DNA from: a virus
IMG/VR virus record: IMGVR_UViG_3300001530_000198
Span: 1 to 16,904 of that record
Direction: 5' to 3' (one strand)
Length of the DNA stretch: 16,904 bases
Shown: one piece after another, positions 14,470-16,904 of the stretch
Numbering within the stretch: position 1 is the stretch's first letter
Layout of the letters: the number at the start of each line of letters is the position of its first letter
Made by a program: the position numbers and the translations under genes
Notes under the pieces: generated by a model
Databases searched by the model: none
What the model was told of the DNA's origin: nothing
What the model saw: the letters and a program-made list of their open reading frames with translations, nothing else

Positions 14470-15673
14470 AAATACATAATCAGGGATGTGTTTTTTCGAA
14501 GGCTAGTATCACTAAGCCTAACCCCTTTTTATTCTTTTAGTACTAGCTTGATGCTAGTACACTGATGATATATGAAAAGTTGTGGACGTTATCATAAAGA
14601 CTTAGTATATCGTTGGTGTAGTATCATTAAGTTGATACTGTCTCTTGCTGCTTTAGGAGACCTTTCGTTAATTTTATGCTATCTTATAGGTAGCATCGAG
14701 TAGATATACCAAAGTGAAATTAGTCGAAGAACCATATGGAGAAGACAAAAGACTTTTATATCTATTCAATGGTGCTTATAATAGGCACTTGTTAAAATTA
14801 TATGTCTTACTATCTTTTATAGGTAGTGTACTGATGATATATTATAGGACAATATTAACATTTGGGGTATATCATTGGTATAGTGCCTATAAGAGCACAA
14901 TTAAGTTCTTTGAAAACAATGTATAAATAAACCATATGAAAGACTACAAGACAATGTAGTATGGATATTATCTCGTTCTTATTACCTCTGAGAGAGATTT
15001 TAGAGGGGATTGAGTAGGCTGAGAGGCAACTCGTTTAAAAAGCTGAGATATACAAAGTATAAAAAGAGATAATAGTGGCTTATTATAGAGTATTATAAGG
15101 CACAGGACTAATCGTTGGTAATTTTATGTCTGAATAAGGATATAACGGGGGTTCTACTAATTGTGGTGATTAGAGGAACGATCGATAAAACTACGTACGT
15201 ATTAACCAATAAACCGATAGTGTAGTTGATGTCTAGTGATAGACGTATAAGATTAGAAACTGGTACGAGTAGCACAAATCTACACAATGAACGTTTGGAA
15301 AATAGGAAAACAATAGAGGATTGTTTAGTAATTTTTGCCTAACGTGTGTGAAAGTTGTTGGAATCAATCCAATGTAGTATAAGAAGGTTATGAAGAATAG
15401 GCAGTCGCTCTCCTATGAGGCTCATAACTGGCTAGTGGCTGAATAATAATTGGCTATAATAAGTTAATGTGAGGAACATTATTTGTATATTGCTTTCAAA
15501 GAATTTATTAACGGAAATCTCGTAGTTAGAACTAATTAATTCATATATTCTCCTAATTATGTATAAAATATCGAATTGGTACGAGACAAGTAGTTTATGT
15601 GAGGTTCAGGAACTACATTAATCATTACCCAAGTGGTAAAGGATTGGCGAACAACGAAAGTTGTTCATTTTTT
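14470..15673 (+). ncRNA. giant structured noncoding RNA candidate (GOLLD/ROOL-like class or new)
   Basis: About 1.2 kb without credible ORFs in a gene-dense phage, with promoter at left, intrinsic terminator at right and many strong helices, including 14558-14572/14606-14620 (15 bp), 14829-14841/14868-14880 (13 bp), 14781-14789/14882-14890 (9 bp), 14966-14974/15066-15074 (9 bp) and 15386-15393/15422-15429 (8 bp). Confidence 0.82.
15649..15673 (+). terminator. intrinsic terminator of the large ncRNA
   Basis: GAACAAC-GAAA-GTTGTTC followed by ATTTTTT. Confidence 0.88.
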
Positions 15674-15685
15674 GTGGGTGAAATT

Positions 15686-15877
15686 ATGAAGGAGAAAAAT
15701 ATATTAGATCTATGTTTCAAATATAATCAGAGTTGCAAGAAATGTCCTAGAAACAGTAAATGCAATAAAGAACTAGAAAAAGAAGAAACTAAAAAAGAAG
15801 GTGGTAAGAATGAGCGATTCAGTACTAAAGACAATAATAATTTGTGCAACAATACTAATAATACATTTTGGAAATAA
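15686..15877 (+). CDS. small cysteine-containing protein
   Basis: MKEKNILDLCFKYNQSCKKCPRNSKCNKELEKEE...; the track start at 15599 would lie inside the ncRNA/terminator, so ATG at 15686 is preferred. Confidence 0.5.
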   Translation: MKEKNILDLCFKYNQSCKKCPRNSKCNKELEKEETKKEGGKNERFSTKDNNNLCNNTNNTFWK

Positions 15878-15893
15878 GAGGAAGAAATGTTAA
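15810..15893 (+). CDS. candidate 27-aa membrane peptide overlapping two genes
   Basis: MSDSVLKTIIICATILIIHFGNKRKKC* with AAGGTGG SD; overlaps the end of the previous ORF and the HNH start. Confidence 0.4.
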   Translation: MSDSVLKTIIICATILIIHFGNKRKKC

Positions 15894-16258
15894 AAACCTG
15901 TAGTAGATGTGGAATAGTACCTGATAATCATATATGTCCATATAAACCAGCTAAAAAAATAAAAACCACAGCAAACACAGTAAGACAAACAAATAGATGG
16001 CATCAGAAGAGCTTAAGTATAAGAAAACGTGACGACTTCATGTGTAGAATATGTAGGCTTAATTTATATGGTACTGTAAAGCAATACAATAGTACAGATA
16101 TAGAAGTGCATCACATTATTCCTTTGGAAGAGGATGATACTAAAGCTTTTGAAGACAATAATCTAATTAGTTTATGTAGATATCATCATGAAATGGCAGA
16201 GTGTGGAGATATACCACGAAAAGAACTATTAAGAATAGTAGAGGAGAATAAAAGATGA
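15887..16258 (+). CDS. HNH endonuclease
   Basis: FMCRICRLNLYGT...IEVHHIIPLEED...NNLISLCRYHHEMAE; N-terminal CSRCGIVPDNHIC; upstream of terminase small subunit. Confidence 0.92.
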   Translation: MLKTCSRCGIVPDNHICPYKPAKKIKTTANTVRQTNRWHQKSLSIRKRDDFMCRICRLNLYGTVKQYNSTDIEVHHIIPLEEDDTKAFEDNNLISLCRYHHEMAECGDIPRKELLRIVEENKR

Positions 16259-16494
16259 ATACATTAACAGAAGAAGAAATTAATCAAATTAAAGAATGTT
16301 TCGATAAAATAATTAACACAATTAATAATATTTTAGATACAGTTATTGAAACAATATCAAATATATTTGAAGAACTAAAAAACTTTTTAAACAAAGATTG
16401 TTTGATAATTAAAAAGAAAAGAAAAGGTAATAGAATAATTTCTTATTTTATCAAGGAAAAACTGTATAAATTGTTACTATCTTATCAAAACTAA
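16255..16494 (+). CDS. hypothetical protein
   Basis: 79 aa, ATG overlaps HNH stop; helical. Confidence 0.5.
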   Translation: MNTLTEEEINQIKECFDKIINTINNILDTVIETISNIFEELKNFLNKDCLIIKKKRKGNRIISYFIKEKLYKLLLSYQN

Positions 16495-16596
16495 TCCCCC
16501 CTACATAATCTATTCAAAAAAATAATTATGTTCAAAACCCACCCGCCATCTCAAAACAAAAAAAATTCCCTAAATGAAAAAAGTGAGGTGATAAAT

Positions 16597-16904
16597 ATGG
16601 CAAGACCTGCAAAGTCGATAGGAGTTATTTCTAAAAACTTAACTAAGGAAGAAATAAAATCTAGAGAAGAATCAGAAGAAAAATTGAAAGGTAAAAAAGA
16701 TAAATTAAAACCGCTCAGACATCTGAACAAAAGACAAAAACAAATTTTTAAATTTATAATAGAAAATTTAGAAGAAAGTAAAATACTTGGAAATCTCGAC
16801 ACTTTTGTTCTTAATCAGACAGCAATCTCAATTGAAAGATTGGAGACATTAGAAAAACAAGCAAATGAAGATTCTGACTTGTTATTAACTGGTGCTTTTA
16901 AATC
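16597..16904 (+). CDS. terminase small subunit, P27-like (truncated by window end)
   Basis: MARPAKSIGVISKNLTKEEIKSREESEEKLKG...LNKRQKQIFKFIIENLEESKILGNLDTFVLNQTAISIERLE; GTGAGGTG SD; follows HNH. Confidence 0.85.
   Translation, partial: MARPAKSIGVISKNLTKEEIKSREESEEKLKGKKDKLKPLRHLNKRQKQIFKFIIENLEESKILGNLDTFVLNQTAISIERLETLEKQANEDSDLLLTGAFK

Noticed and set aside
14714-14926. 70-aa plus-strand ORF (MKLVEEPYGEDKRLLYLF...)
   Set aside because: GTG start without a Shine-Dalgarno sequence, and it lies across nested RNA helices (14772-14898). Best read as chance within the ncRNA.
14464-15673. Self-splicing group I or group II intron
   Set aside because: Both flanking genes look complete, no split ORF or intron-encoded RT/maturase is present, and the segment has its own promoter-like and terminator elements. 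Formally testable with intron covariance models.
15599-15685. N-terminal extension of the 92-aa ORF
   Set aside because: It would translate through the ncRNA 3' end and its intrinsic terminator. ATG at 15686 is the better start.
16551-16802. Minus-strand 83-aa ORF
   Set aside because: Antisense to the terminase small subunit start, which has a strong SD and recognisable sequence.

Overview
The window looks like the left part of a low-GC Firmicutes-type temperate phage or prophage. From left to right it contains a possible tRNA 3' end (attachment site), a leftward integrase and lysogeny module, a divergent repressor/Cro switch, a replication module with phased 11-bp repeats, a second tyrosine recombinase, PcfK-like/PcfJ-like proteins, a sigma-like factor, many small accessory ORFs, a late-regulator-like protein, an HNH endonuclease and the start of a terminase small subunit. 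The standout feature is a ~1.2 kb ORF desert at about 14464-15673. It has a sigma-A-like promoter at its left edge, a perfect GAAA-loop intrinsic terminator at its right edge, and dense helices in between, including a duplicated module with 15-bp and 13-bp paired stems. I interpret it as a giant structured phage noncoding RNA, comparable in kind to GOLLD/ROOL. Membership in those families cannot be decided without a covariance-model search. Hand-derived coordinates between about 15121 and 15600 may be off by 1 nt.
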